From assembly GCA_964344755.1 (NCBI GenBank), contig CAYFOH010000004.1, positions 1 through 52,324 of the forward strand: a DNA stretch of 52,324 nt, given 5' to 3'. The notes under the pieces were generated by a model, which worked only from the letters and a program-made list of their open reading frames with translations, was not told the origin of the DNA and searched no databases. Below are positions 18,501-27,018 of this stretch, in pieces. This stretch comes from an uncultured Methanosarcinales archaeon. Lineage in GTDB: Archaea; Nanobdellota; Nanobdellia; Woesearchaeales; GW2011-AR9. The position numbers were made by a program, and so were the translations under genes. Position 1 is the first letter of the stretch. Every line of letters starts with the position of its first letter.

Positions 18501-19297
18501 ATTTAGTAAGGATAGGAACAAATGATCTTTACCAATGTTTCAAAAGAGCTTATGCTGATTATCCTTCGGCTAAGGTTTGTTATGATGGACATCAAGTTAG
18601 AGTTAATCCTACTGCTGTTGTAACTATAAGTGATGAAAATTACTTCCTGGAATCTAATGAGCAATTGGGTGACAATAAGGTAGTTAGGGTTAGAAAGATT
18701 TTATCTTTACCTTATGACACTTCTGCAACTGATTATGACTGGTTTGGTTTTGTAACTGAAGTGGTTGAAGAGAGAGAACCTTTATTTGACGTGAAAGGAG
18801 ATTATTATATACCTTCAGCAGTTGATTCCAGACTACAAAGTTTCCAATTAGCTGAGTTTCCTGAAGGCGTTCAACAATCTGTAATTTTAACAGATGAAAG
18901 AGATATTTCAGCTGATGGTAATATTATTTTACATGATAAGATAGTAAAAATAACTCAGGAAGAAACTGACAATGAAGAGAGGCCGGTTGAGGCTTTCTTA
19001 TTAGCAGAAGAGGAAACCTACTTGCCCGATGATGGGTCTATTGTTGAGCTTAATTTGACAGAACAAACGAGCTTGCTCTTCAGAACAACTTTGGACAACT
19101 ATGGTTTTGGTTTAGAGGTACAAGTAATTAACAATGATTTATTAAGATTGAGGGTACACTACCTTGACGAACCTAACACTCCTATCTTACAAAAGTTATT
19201 CTCGGGAGGAGATTCCAGGTTTTTGATCCTAAATGGTGAAAGGGTAGAGTTAAAAGTAACTGATGATTTATCAACTGTGGCTTTAAGAAAAATATGA
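15506..19297 (+). CDS. Giant acidic, N-terminally anchored surface protein (Cys-rich N-region, beta-rich repeats)
   Basis: 1263 aa; TM then KESVVGEAF; many W-x-x-C modules; CNNNVDDDHDNQVDCSDNDC. Confidence 0.85.
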   Translation: MLKGKRGSAVGEANKTFITVGVSVLVLVVLVAVMFYIAPKESVVGEAFLQDGVCEDRSELLITFEIEGRGEVTLECDDEMEGLVNNQRAKTYCVDSNYESSNKFYCSTQQEWIVCNEETAGQGVENLNNVELYNNNYVCNGQGWVEINNCGACAGALPGQCVGSSIFDIGSRNLLQTHGSAPGSLVGCVQENSGECIIGEESTRIAYDSFVDFQGRGLVCGEENSWLYCGNNIAVSDGEKWICNGEQTFVECTQDNLNERIGHYACQLNANQYQWVSEFEACSDDLRFQLRQGIQEQEICYNQQWLTCDVYNEQPYEGLDLEIVCDENGFQVSELMCNNNVDDDHDNQVDCSDNDCGNNIERTLSSTQLFEITVRETDCASVNIVRLVESRDFVVPETVYQEFNVCDQGTENLRDQVAVCQGNNPEEPAVSSLQFMRNENARPRINQETTIIYEPSEPKEVGVVLVHDLENRFTSPIGTFTRNLLASQRIMLKIGSEHYLLSHEGEGLFATENLQLTHVPLGRMYQAEIYPGTNQYVFNVLGNRLISVGLNDDRSLFEISALSPGERPRAYVVPTDLTQNLELIFKKGEPVDITSPELGTFTICRTDNERDTQQTLICLDDENFASLALGELTVQSVGDNNLALLYQYVDGEKQVSVFTLNELESLDFDDEVATTYQLEYNDFINAMVEGRRAAFEFEEKLYLAEHNESDTFSLNLITLTSYQEEGTTDFVASGSEDYVEFLTLDGKISIRRNYGLPPPPFEVVSLTKQQLVGMPINLDDQLFASFSSEVPILIRQPLDVGVISKHEDDISRLESSFRVQAGIYEPNLILHQPYIILGEDLQSEILYYYHSAEIDGVTPIKTVSVYRNYDLRERRPHRDFDDTFINAITRGAELTLQYDDETFFLLGYEGANEDDVQFFNFNRLTLRDLVNGETYFGTADGNEISFEIPGDRLTIRLQQTGNHNEIYFELTGQQQLDEERDDARRIAFEGFYAEITTENLVRIGTNDLYQCFKRAYADYPSAKVCYDGHQVRVNPTAVVTISDENYFLESNEQLGDNKVVRVRKILSLPYDTSATDYDWFGFVTEVVEEREPLFDVKGDYYIPSAVDSRLQSFQLAEFPEGVQQSVILTDERDISADGNIILHDKIVKITQEETDNEERPVEAFLLAEEETYLPDDGSIVELNLTEQTSLLFRTTLDNYGFGLEVQVINNDLLRLRVHYLDEPNTPILQKLFSGGDSRFLILNGERVELKVTDDLSTVALRKI

Positions 19298-20679
19298 AAA
19301 TGGCTAAAAGAAACAAAAAACAACAAGGAAGCAAACTTTTTATAACTTTAGGAGCAGTTGTTTTAATTGTTGTAGCTCTTTTGTTACTTAACAATTTACT
19401 CTCAGGTAAAGTAGGACAGGCCATTTTTGTAGGGGAACAGCCATTTCCTGGTGGGGTAGTGGATTTAGTTACAGAACAGAAAATTACTTTTACTTCTTTA
19501 GAGGAAAGTAGAGATGTTCAGTTTATTACGAATTTAGATACTTTAGCTAGCGATGAAGAACATCAAACTTTTTTCTTTGAGTTTCATGTAAATGAAGATT
19601 CTTTGATATATACTGTAAATAAAGGACCTGATTCTGATCTTGTTGCTTTGGACACCTTATCTTTCCCGGAGGATACTTCGTATGTTTACCTTAATGAAGA
19701 AGATGCCTCTGCTGATTTAGTGATATTTTTAGAGAATAACGAATTAACGATAACTAATTTACAATTTGTTTCTGCAGATAGAGCAGATATTATCCTTTTA
19801 GATGAAAATGATGAAGAACTGCCTTCTTTATTGCATCTAAATGTTGATGAAGAGTTTGTTGTCAAAATAAGATCATCTTCAACTACTTCGCCACAATTAA
19901 GAGTAAACTTTGGTCAATTGACAGAAGTTGAACAGATTTTTGAAGATGGTGTGACTGAAGCAGTTTATACATACACCCCCTCACAATCTGAAGCCAGGGT
20001 TTTAGATATTACAGCCACTGTTGGTGAGCAAGAAACTCACAAACATTATACTTTAGCTGTTGGTAACGTTATTTATGCTCTACAAGAGAGGAATAATCCT
20101 CTTATGACTTTAATGGAAGAAGAATCTGCTTTCAGGTTAGATATTACTTTTGCTAGGACTACTGATCTACAACCTTTAGGATTACCTTGTAAACCACAGC
20201 AAAGAAATTTAGAAAACGTTTTTGCTGATACTAACGTAAGACGAGTTTACGCTAATTTTAATGGAGAACAAAAAGTGTGGATCCAAGGAGATGCGCCGGA
20301 CGACTTAACTTTGTTTGAAGACTGGCAGGGTTACTTTGTACAATTGACTAATGCTGAAGAAACGGAAATCAGCTTAATTTGTGATCCTTATGAAATTAGA
20401 CCTTTATCACAGTTACCTAATTTTAATGTTGAAGTCCAGGACATCACTTTCGAAGCTGGTTGGAATTTAATTTCTGTACCTGGACATGTACCTCTAAGGT
20501 TAACTGATTTGGTTAACCATGACAACTTTGAGATTTTGACTTGTACGCAAGGGCACAGTTGTGAACCAGCAAGTAAAGATGCTTTATTGAACCCAGGTAA
20601 ACCTTACTGGGTATATTCAGAACAGCCTTTAAGGTTAAGATATACTGAAGGACAGAACGCTCCTCCACGATTCCCATGA
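19294..20679 (+). CDS. Membrane-anchored surface protein
   Basis: TM then SGKVGQAIF; C-terminal AGWNLISVP...LNPGKPYWV module typical of surface proteins; ATGA coupling. Confidence 0.8.
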   Translation: MKMAKRNKKQQGSKLFITLGAVVLIVVALLLLNNLLSGKVGQAIFVGEQPFPGGVVDLVTEQKITFTSLEESRDVQFITNLDTLASDEEHQTFFFEFHVNEDSLIYTVNKGPDSDLVALDTLSFPEDTSYVYLNEEDASADLVIFLENNELTITNLQFVSADRADIILLDENDEELPSLLHLNVDEEFVVKIRSSSTTSPQLRVNFGQLTEVEQIFEDGVTEAVYTYTPSQSEARVLDITATVGEQETHKHYTLAVGNVIYALQERNNPLMTLMEEESAFRLDITFARTTDLQPLGLPCKPQQRNLENVFADTNVRRVYANFNGEQKVWIQGDAPDDLTLFEDWQGYFVQLTNAEETEISLICDPYEIRPLSQLPNFNVEVQDITFEAGWNLISVPGHVPLRLTDLVNHDNFEILTCTQGHSCEPASKDALLNPGKPYWVYSEQPLRLRYTEGQNAPPRFP

Positions 20680-21356
20680 AAATAAAACTATACTTCCTAT
20701 TGGCTTTGTTAACGCTTTCACTAGTAATAGCTGTAGACCCGCCAGAATTGACAGAATTTCATCAATTTTATGGTGTAATTGACAACCTGCCAGAGGGAAC
20801 TTATAGTTTACAGGTAGAAATTGCAGACAAAATTTTTACTACTTCTGTCACTGAAGCAACTTACGGTTATGACCCGGTGTTTAGAGTTTCTGGGAATAAT
20901 GGAGACAGGATAGAATTTTATGTAGTTAATCGTTTAGGTAGTCAAACTCTGGTAGGAACTTCTACTTATCAGGAGGATGAGGTTACTGAACTTAATTTGG
21001 ACTATCCGTCTGTGGAACCTACTCGTGAAGAGGAAGCACAAGTAGCTGAAGAAGAAGGTTTACCTTTAGTTGAAGAAGATCTTTGTTATTACAATTGGGA
21101 TTGTAGTAATTGGTCAGAATGTAAAAACAAAAAACAAACAAGAAGTTGTAATCGTGTAGATTCTTGTGGTGCTGATGCTGTTAAAAGTTCTAAACCTACT
21201 GAAGAAAGAGCTTGTTTTGGTAGTAGTCAGACACAACCTGTAGAAGATAGTGAAGGTACTAATTGGTTCTTATGGGTAGGAATAATTATTGTTATTTTGG
21301 CTCTGATAATTATAGGATTTTTTTTCCTAAGAAAAAGAGATGAACCTACTTTCTAA
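20676..21356 (+). CDS. Surface protein with TSP1-like repeat and C-terminal TM anchor
   Basis: Signal peptide LVIA|VD; HQFYG beta domain; WDCSNWSEC...QTRSC; TM followed by RKR. Confidence 0.8.
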   Translation: MKIKLYFLLALLTLSLVIAVDPPELTEFHQFYGVIDNLPEGTYSLQVEIADKIFTTSVTEATYGYDPVFRVSGNNGDRIEFYVVNRLGSQTLVGTSTYQEDEVTELNLDYPSVEPTREEEAQVAEEEGLPLVEEDLCYYNWDCSNWSECKNKKQTRSCNRVDSCGADAVKSSKPTEERACFGSSQTQPVEDSEGTNWFLWVGIIIVILALIIIGFFFLRKRDEPTF

Positions 21357-21684
21357 TTTTATTAGCAATAATCTCTTTTTTGCCTTGATAATTTTCAACA
21401 AGTCCAGTGACTTCTATATAATCACCTTCTTCTAAAAAAATTTCTTCGTCATTAAAAACTACAACTTCATTAATTTCTTCTTTGTAACCGTTGATGGTAA
21501 GAAAAATAACTTTGTCTTCTGTTGAGAGTCTTTCTACAACTCCTGAAATTTTAATTTCTTCCTCCGGTTTAGCACTAGAAAGATCACTTATTTTAATCTC
21601 AAGATTGTCAACATAGAAAAATAAGAAGAGAAGTCCAATAATTGTAGTAACTAAGGAAATCTTAATAAGTGTCTTTTCTTGCAT
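21346..21684 (-). CDS. Membrane-anchored OB-fold protein
   Basis: N-terminal TM; EGDYIEVTGLVENYQGKKEIIA is an OB-fold end. Confidence 0.75.
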   Translation of the reverse strand: MQEKTLIKISLVTTIIGLLFLFFYVDNLEIKISDLSSAKPEEEIKISGVVERLSTEDKVIFLTINGYKEEINEVVVFNDEEIFLEEGDYIEVTGLVENYQGKKEIIANKIRK

Positions 21685-21759
21685 CTTAGACTAAAATTTA
21701 CAATCTTTACTTAAATGTTCTCCCAAAGGTTTATATAATTCCTTAGGTTACACTTAGGA

Positions 21760-21942
21760 ATGCCCCAGGAAAAACTACTAGACGTAAGAAAGCGGTTGTT
21801 TGACCTGGAACGTAGAATTAAGCCTTTAGAATGGGACTCTAGCCGTAACCAAATAAATGAATTTAAAAAGTTGCAGTTAGCAAAATTACAACTTGAAAGG
21901 GATTCTTTAGTGGAAGAAATGAATAAACTTTTAACTGAATAA
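21760..21942 (+). CDS. Small coiled-coil protein
   Basis: 60 aa with typical composition; TTTATATA box upstream. Confidence 0.6.
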   Translation: MPQEKLLDVRKRLFDLERRIKPLEWDSSRNQINEFKKLQLAKLQLERDSLVEEMNKLLTE

Positions 21943-22893
21943 GGCCTTAATAACAACGGTTGCATAACTTCCTTTAGGCAAGAAGAACTTTAACTTAACA
22001 GAATCCTTCTCTTCCTTTATTTCAAAATTTTTAACTTCTACAAAAGCTTTGCGCATTTCTCCTTCTAAAGAGATTTTTGGAATTTGTCTTATTATAAAAT
22101 CTTTATAAGTTATTTTTTCTTTTGATAGTAGTTTTTCAAGAATATCTTTAATTTTGCCTTTAACTTGTGGTTTGCTGAACCCTATTAGTGGTACCAGAAG
22201 GTCTTCTTCCTTTTTGTCAACAAAAACAAAGTCTCCTAAAGAATATTTCACGGTCTTGTTGGCTTTTTTTTTTAGATATCTGGATAATATTTCGTTAAAA
22301 AGGTAACTTTGATAAGAATTAACGTACATTCTTAATAGCCTAAGGGGAATTCTTTTAAGGGCTCCTACGTAGTCTGTTGGTTTGCTTTTGATAGCTTTTA
22401 CACACTCTGCATTGTCTATTAAGGTAACTGCTCGGGAGAATTTTTTTAAAATGAGAAATTTACCTATTTTAGCATTATTTTTAGAAAATCTTTGTTCATC
22501 AAAGTAGTTTGGGATAAAATTAATTTTTTTTTGAAATTTCCCTTTAACTTCTCTTATGACAACTTCGAAGTTGTTACCTTCTAAGTCTCCTAATGATATT
22601 GGTTGATTACCAAAACCCAAAAATGATAGATCTGTTTTTTCTAATACTTGTTTTTTACTGGTTCCAATGATGGAAATTACTTGTTCAGTTACTGCATGTT
22701 TGTCTTTGCTACCAGCAAAACCAATTTGTTTTTCTTTAATCCTTAATTTTTTACTTATTTCTTTAATAGCGCTAAGAGTATTCTGTTCTCTTTTTTTAAG
22801 AAGACAGTAAATGTACTTACCTTCTTTAAGGAAGTTAACATTACTAACTTCTTTAACTATAAAGTCCTCTGGTTTCTGTTTAATTTTGTACAT
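21931..22893 (-). CDS. truD: tRNA pseudouridine(13) synthase TruD
   Basis: IKQKPEDFIVKE, GFAGSKDKHAVTEQ, GNNFEVVIR, NYFDEQRF, FFLPKGSYAT. Confidence 0.93.
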   Translation of the reverse strand: MYKIKQKPEDFIVKEVSNVNFLKEGKYIYCLLKKREQNTLSAIKEISKKLRIKEKQIGFAGSKDKHAVTEQVISIIGTSKKQVLEKTDLSFLGFGNQPISLGDLEGNNFEVVIREVKGKFQKKINFIPNYFDEQRFSKNNAKIGKFLILKKFSRAVTLIDNAECVKAIKSKPTDYVGALKRIPLRLLRMYVNSYQSYLFNEILSRYLKKKANKTVKYSLGDFVFVDKKEEDLLVPLIGFSKPQVKGKIKDILEKLLSKEKITYKDFIIRQIPKISLEGEMRKAFVEVKNFEIKEEKDSVKLKFFLPKGSYATVVIKALFS

Positions 22894-23371
22894 GTTCTAA
22901 GTAAACTATTTTAGCTTTGGTGGAGTTGTCAAAAAAAATAGGGGATTGGCATTCTCTGAAGAAATTGAAAGCAGCCCCCTTGTTTTCCTTTAATCTTAGC
23001 CTGTTAATTCTTTCAGCATTAAAACCTTCTCCTTTTTGTTCAACCCCAATGATGAAACCATTTTCTCCAGACCAGATATGGAATTTGTAAGGTGCCTTAA
23101 ATTGTGAATAATTTAGACTATTAGATCCAACTTCGTTAATAAAATAAGAAATTTCGTCCTCTTTATTATAATTTAACCAGTTATGTAGATCAAAGTTGGT
23201 ATTGTGTTGTTTGTTTAAAAAGTCAACTAAGGCCCATTTAGCTTTCCCGTATGTTTCAAAGATGCTTTCATCAGCTGCTATACTTACTGGGTGAATAACA
23301 AACTCTTGATGTTCTTTTACTTTTATTTTTTTTAACGACAAGGACAGTTTTTTATTGAAATATAATGCCAT
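22880..23371 (-). CDS. Hypothetical protein, possibly a degenerate GHKL/HATPase fold
   Basis: INEVGSNSLNY resembles the N-box; VEQKGEGFN resembles the G1 box. Confidence 0.5.
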   Translation of the reverse strand: MALYFNKKLSLSLKKIKVKEHQEFVIHPVSIAADESIFETYGKAKWALVDFLNKQHNTNFDLHNWLNYNKEDEISYFINEVGSNSLNYSQFKAPYKFHIWSGENGFIIGVEQKGEGFNAERINRLRLKENKGAAFNFFRECQSPIFFDNSTKAKIVYLEHVQN

Positions 23372-23461
23372 TTTAATGTGATAATGAATTGATTTAAAAA
23401 AATTGTTCTTTCTAAAAAAAAACGCACAACTTTTTTAAATAGTGATATATCTAAAGAATTC

Positions 23462-24322
23462 ATGGCTTATCAGGTAATATCTTTTTATCGGTACACGGAA
23501 ATAAAAAATCCTGAAGTTTTGAGGGATTTACTTAGAAATAAATGTGAGGAGCTTAATCTTTTGGGAAGAATTTTGTTGGGTGAAGAAGGTATTAATGGGG
23601 CTGTTTCAGGTGAATTAAAAGAAATTAAACAAATAAAACTATTTCTACGAGAACTTTACCCTGGCCTAACTTTTAGGGAACAAAATTATTTGAAGAATGC
23701 TTACCATAAACTAGTTGTAAGAACTAGGGAAGAAATCTGTCGTTTTGGTAAAGAAGTTGACTTAAATAATAAAGGAAAACATCTACAACCAGAAGAATTA
23801 AAGAAATGGTATGATCAAGAAGAAGATTTTGTGATAATTGATGCTAGGAACGATTACGAGTATGAAGTAGGAAGATTTAAGGGTTCTCTTAATCCAGAGA
23901 TCAAAAATTTTAGAGATTTTCCTAAAGCTACCGAAAAGTATGCTGATTATAAAGATAAAAAAATTGTTCTTTATTGTACTGGTGGTGTAAGGTGTGAAAA
24001 AGCTTCAGCGTATATGAAGGAACAAGGTTTTCAAGAAGTTTATCAGTTGGATGGCGGAATAATTAATTTTGTTAACAAATTCCCAGATACTTATTGGGAA
24101 GGAGGTTTGTTTGTTTTTGATGATAGATTGGTTTCCGATGTAGGAGAAGCCATAACTAATTGTGAACACTGTGAAACTCCTGCTTTGAAATATTATAATT
24201 GTCATAATTTAGATTGTGATAAGTTATTTATATGTTGTGATAGTTGCAAAGTGGAGATGGCTAGGACTTGTTCTGAGACCTGTAAATTAGCTGATAGAAA
24301 GAGGAAAGTTTTGCAAATATAA
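23462..24322 (+). CDS. trhO: Rhodanese-domain tRNA uridine(34) hydroxylase, TrhO/UPF0176 family
   Basis: LGRILLGEEGING, DARNDYE, YCTGGVRCEKAS, YQLDGGI, FVFDDR and a C-terminal Cys cluster. Confidence 0.88.
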   Translation: MAYQVISFYRYTEIKNPEVLRDLLRNKCEELNLLGRILLGEEGINGAVSGELKEIKQIKLFLRELYPGLTFREQNYLKNAYHKLVVRTREEICRFGKEVDLNNKGKHLQPEELKKWYDQEEDFVIIDARNDYEYEVGRFKGSLNPEIKNFRDFPKATEKYADYKDKKIVLYCTGGVRCEKASAYMKEQGFQEVYQLDGGIINFVNKFPDTYWEGGLFVFDDRLVSDVGEAITNCEHCETPALKYYNCHNLDCDKLFICCDSCKVEMARTCSETCKLADRKRKVLQI

Positions 24323-24324
24323 AA

Positions 24325-24846
24325 ATGCTTATTGGTGAACTTAATTCTTTAGAAGAAATTAGTAGACGAAGAAGAATACCCATAATCGGTAGAGAGAAAG
24401 GTAATTGGCTTTTAGGTAAGATTAAGGAATTACGGCCTAGAAAAATATTAGAATTAGGCACAGCTAATGGATATAGTGGAGTAATATTAGGGAGTGAAGG
24501 CTCATCATTAACGACTGTTGAACTTGATCCAAGGATGGCTAAGGAAGCTGAAGAAAATTTTTTGAAATATAATACTCAAGCTAAGGTTATTGTTGGTGAC
24601 GGAGTAAAAGTAATTAAAGAGCTGCAGGGTAAATTTGATTTAATATTTTTGGATTTTGCCAAAAAAAAATATTTAGTTGTTTTAGATGATTGTTTAAGGT
24701 TACTAAATAAAAAGGGTTGTTTAATTGCTGACAATATCAATATGGAAAAATGTCAAAATTTTAAAGAAGAAATTTTGAAAAATCCTAGACTAAAGACAGA
24801 GATTGTAAAGATAGGTGATGGTTTAAGTTTTAGTCTTTTAAGCTGA
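24325..24846 (+). CDS. Class I SAM-dependent O-methyltransferase (YrrM/TrmR-like)
   Basis: IPII, ILELGTANGYS, FDLIFLD, IADNI, GDG. Confidence 0.8.
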   Translation: MLIGELNSLEEISRRRRIPIIGREKGNWLLGKIKELRPRKILELGTANGYSGVILGSEGSSLTTVELDPRMAKEAEENFLKYNTQAKVIVGDGVKVIKELQGKFDLIFLDFAKKKYLVVLDDCLRLLNKKGCLIADNINMEKCQNFKEEILKNPRLKTEIVKIGDGLSFSLLS

Positions 24847-24852
24847 GCTTCT

Positions 24853-26151
24853 TTAAGGTTTATACCTTTCAATTGTTCTTGGAAAGGGAATTGTGTCTTT
24901 GATAGCATCCAAACCACAAATCCATTTGATAATTCTTTCTACCCCTAGTCCGAAACCGCCGTGAGGAACGCTTCCATATCTTCTAGTGTCCAAATAAAAC
25001 TCGTATTCTTGGGGATCTTCACCATCTTCTACTAGTCTTTCTTTAATTTTTTCAATATCATGTTCTCTTTGGCTTCCGCCAATGATTTCTCCATAACCTT
25101 CGGGGGCCAAGAAATCACATCCTAAAACCGTACGCGGGTCTTTTTTGTCTTCAGTCATATAGAAAGCTTTAACTTTTTTCGGGTAATGTGTACAAACAAT
25201 TGGTACGTCGTAAAGTTTAGTTAATTTCTCTTCTTCAATGGTCCTTAAATCCTTGCCCCATTTAATGTCCATCTTACATTTTTTCTTTAAAATTTCTAAT
25301 GCTTCTGTGTAGGTCATGTGAACAAATGGTTTTTTAAGAACAGGCTGTAATTTGGAGATGTCTCTTTTAAGATACTTTAGTTCTTCTTGGTGTTTCTCTA
25401 AAACTCTTTTAACGATGTGTTTAATCAATTTTTCTCCGTGTTTAATAATGTCTTCAAAAGTACTCCAGGCCATTTCCATTTCAGCATGCCAGTACTCTGT
25501 TAAATGCCGGGAAGTTTTGCTTTTCTCTGCTCGAAAGCTTGGAGAAATGGTATAAATCTTTTCTAAGCCAAAGATGGCTGGTTCAGCATAAAGTTGCCAG
25601 GTCTGAGCTAGGAAAACGTCTTTTTTATCAAAATATTTAACTTCAAATAAGTCTGAGCCTCCTTCACACTGGACGGCTTGAAAGATTGGAGAATGGTACT
25701 CATAAAAGCCTTCTCCTTTAAAATATTCGTCAATAGCAGCAAAGACACAGCTACGTATTTTTAGGATAGCAATCATTTTTCTACTTCTTAACCATAAGTG
25801 TCTTTTATCAGCTAAAAACTCGATGGATTGATCTTTACTTATGGGATATTGGTCGCTATCGCCTACTATCTTATAAGAATCCACTTGAATCTCGTAACCA
25901 GATGGTGCTCTTTCATCTTTTTTTATTGTTCCTGTTAGTTCTAAAGAGGTTTCAACTTGAATATGGTCAATCTTGTCCCAAGTTTTTTCAAATTTTTCCT
26001 TTTTGAGAACACACTGAATGATGTCTGTTGAATCCCTTAAAATAATAAATTTAAGTTTTTTGCTGCCTCTTTCACGATGGGCCCAACCTCTAACTGTTAC
26101 TGTTCCTTGGCCTTGTTCCATGGCCTTTTTTATCGATAATGGTTTAATCAT
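24853..26151 (-). CDS. asnS: Asparagine--tRNA ligase
   Basis: OB domain, RHLWLRS, FRAEKSKTSRHLTEYW, GEIIGGSQRE, VPHGGFGLGVER. Confidence 0.95.
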   Translation of the reverse strand: MIKPLSIKKAMEQGQGTVTVRGWAHRERGSKKLKFIILRDSTDIIQCVLKKEKFEKTWDKIDHIQVETSLELTGTIKKDERAPSGYEIQVDSYKIVGDSDQYPISKDQSIEFLADKRHLWLRSRKMIAILKIRSCVFAAIDEYFKGEGFYEYHSPIFQAVQCEGGSDLFEVKYFDKKDVFLAQTWQLYAEPAIFGLEKIYTISPSFRAEKSKTSRHLTEYWHAEMEMAWSTFEDIIKHGEKLIKHIVKRVLEKHQEELKYLKRDISKLQPVLKKPFVHMTYTEALEILKKKCKMDIKWGKDLRTIEEEKLTKLYDVPIVCTHYPKKVKAFYMTEDKKDPRTVLGCDFLAPEGYGEIIGGSQREHDIEKIKERLVEDGEDPQEYEFYLDTRRYGSVPHGGFGLGVERIIKWICGLDAIKDTIPFPRTIERYKP

Positions 26152-26184
26152 ATTTGTGTGTAGATAACTCTTTTATAAAAAACT

Positions 26185-26883
26185 TTACTTCCAAAAAGGC
26201 GTTTTGTGAACAACATCTGGAAATTTTTGTTTTAGGATAGTATAAATCGCGCCATAGGGTAGTTGCAGGGAGGTTCTATGGGCTATATCTCCTTTTCCAC
26301 CGATTGAAACGTCTACAATTTGTTCATCTAGGCTTGGTTGCTCATGAACAAAAATTGCTTTAACTTCTCCATATAGGTCACTATGCTTTATTTCTTCTAA
26401 AAAAGGGGTTGCTGTGCCAAATTCCATCCCTTTTGGGAACAAATCGCCTGTTCCATAGCTGTGCTTAAAAGAAGGATGTAGTCTGTCTTGAATTTCCTTC
26501 TTCCATGTTTTTTTCCTTTCTTGTTGAAACTTTGTAAAAGCCCTTCTGGTGTAATGCTTGTCTACAAAACCCTTTTGTGATAGCCAATCTGAATAATCTA
26601 TTGTTTCTAAAGTTGGCACTTCTAGGTCAGCTTCACTAAAGAGATGTTTAACAGTCCTGTAATCAATTATTTTTCCTTTTCCTTCTCTACTTCTTGTTTC
26701 AGGAAGCACAAAAATAACTGGATCATCCCAAACGATGCCATAGAGAGCTTTGATGACTCTTTCGTAGGCCCAACCTAACAAGTCAGCTTTCTCGTGGCAA
26801 GTGCTTGTTGCTCTTTTGTGTGTGGTGATTTCAAGTTCAATTTCACTCTCTTGAGCTATTTCTTTGACATATGTTGGTAACAT
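26185..26883 (-). CDS. YbaK/ProX-like aminoacyl-tRNA editing-domain protein (divergent)
   Basis: H..ATSTCHEKADLLG....VIKAL and GMEFGTATPF resemble INS/YbaK motifs; co-oriented with asnS. Confidence 0.55.
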   Translation of the reverse strand: MLPTYVKEIAQESEIELEITTHKRATSTCHEKADLLGWAYERVIKALYGIVWDDPVIFVLPETRSREGKGKIIDYRTVKHLFSEADLEVPTLETIDYSDWLSQKGFVDKHYTRRAFTKFQQERKKTWKKEIQDRLHPSFKHSYGTGDLFPKGMEFGTATPFLEEIKHSDLYGEVKAIFVHEQPSLDEQIVDVSIGGKGDIAHRTSLQLPYGAIYTILKQKFPDVVHKTPFWK

Positions 26884-26940
26884 TTTTCTTTAGTCTCCTT
26901 CTTGTTTTATAAGATTATAGGATTTAAAAGTATATATTAC

Positions 26941-27012
26941 TTGTTCTAAATTTTAGGTATTATTTGCAATAAATACAAAAAGTTTATATAAAAATGGAAC
27001 ATTTGTTCTAAA
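26941..27012. promoter_or_regulatory. Divergent promoter region with repeated TTGTTCTAAA and palindrome GAAC-ATTT-GTTC (possible Lrp operator)
   Basis: TTGTTCTAAA at 26941 and 27003; TTTATATA box at about 26983. Confidence 0.35.
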
Positions 27013-27018
27013 AAGTAG

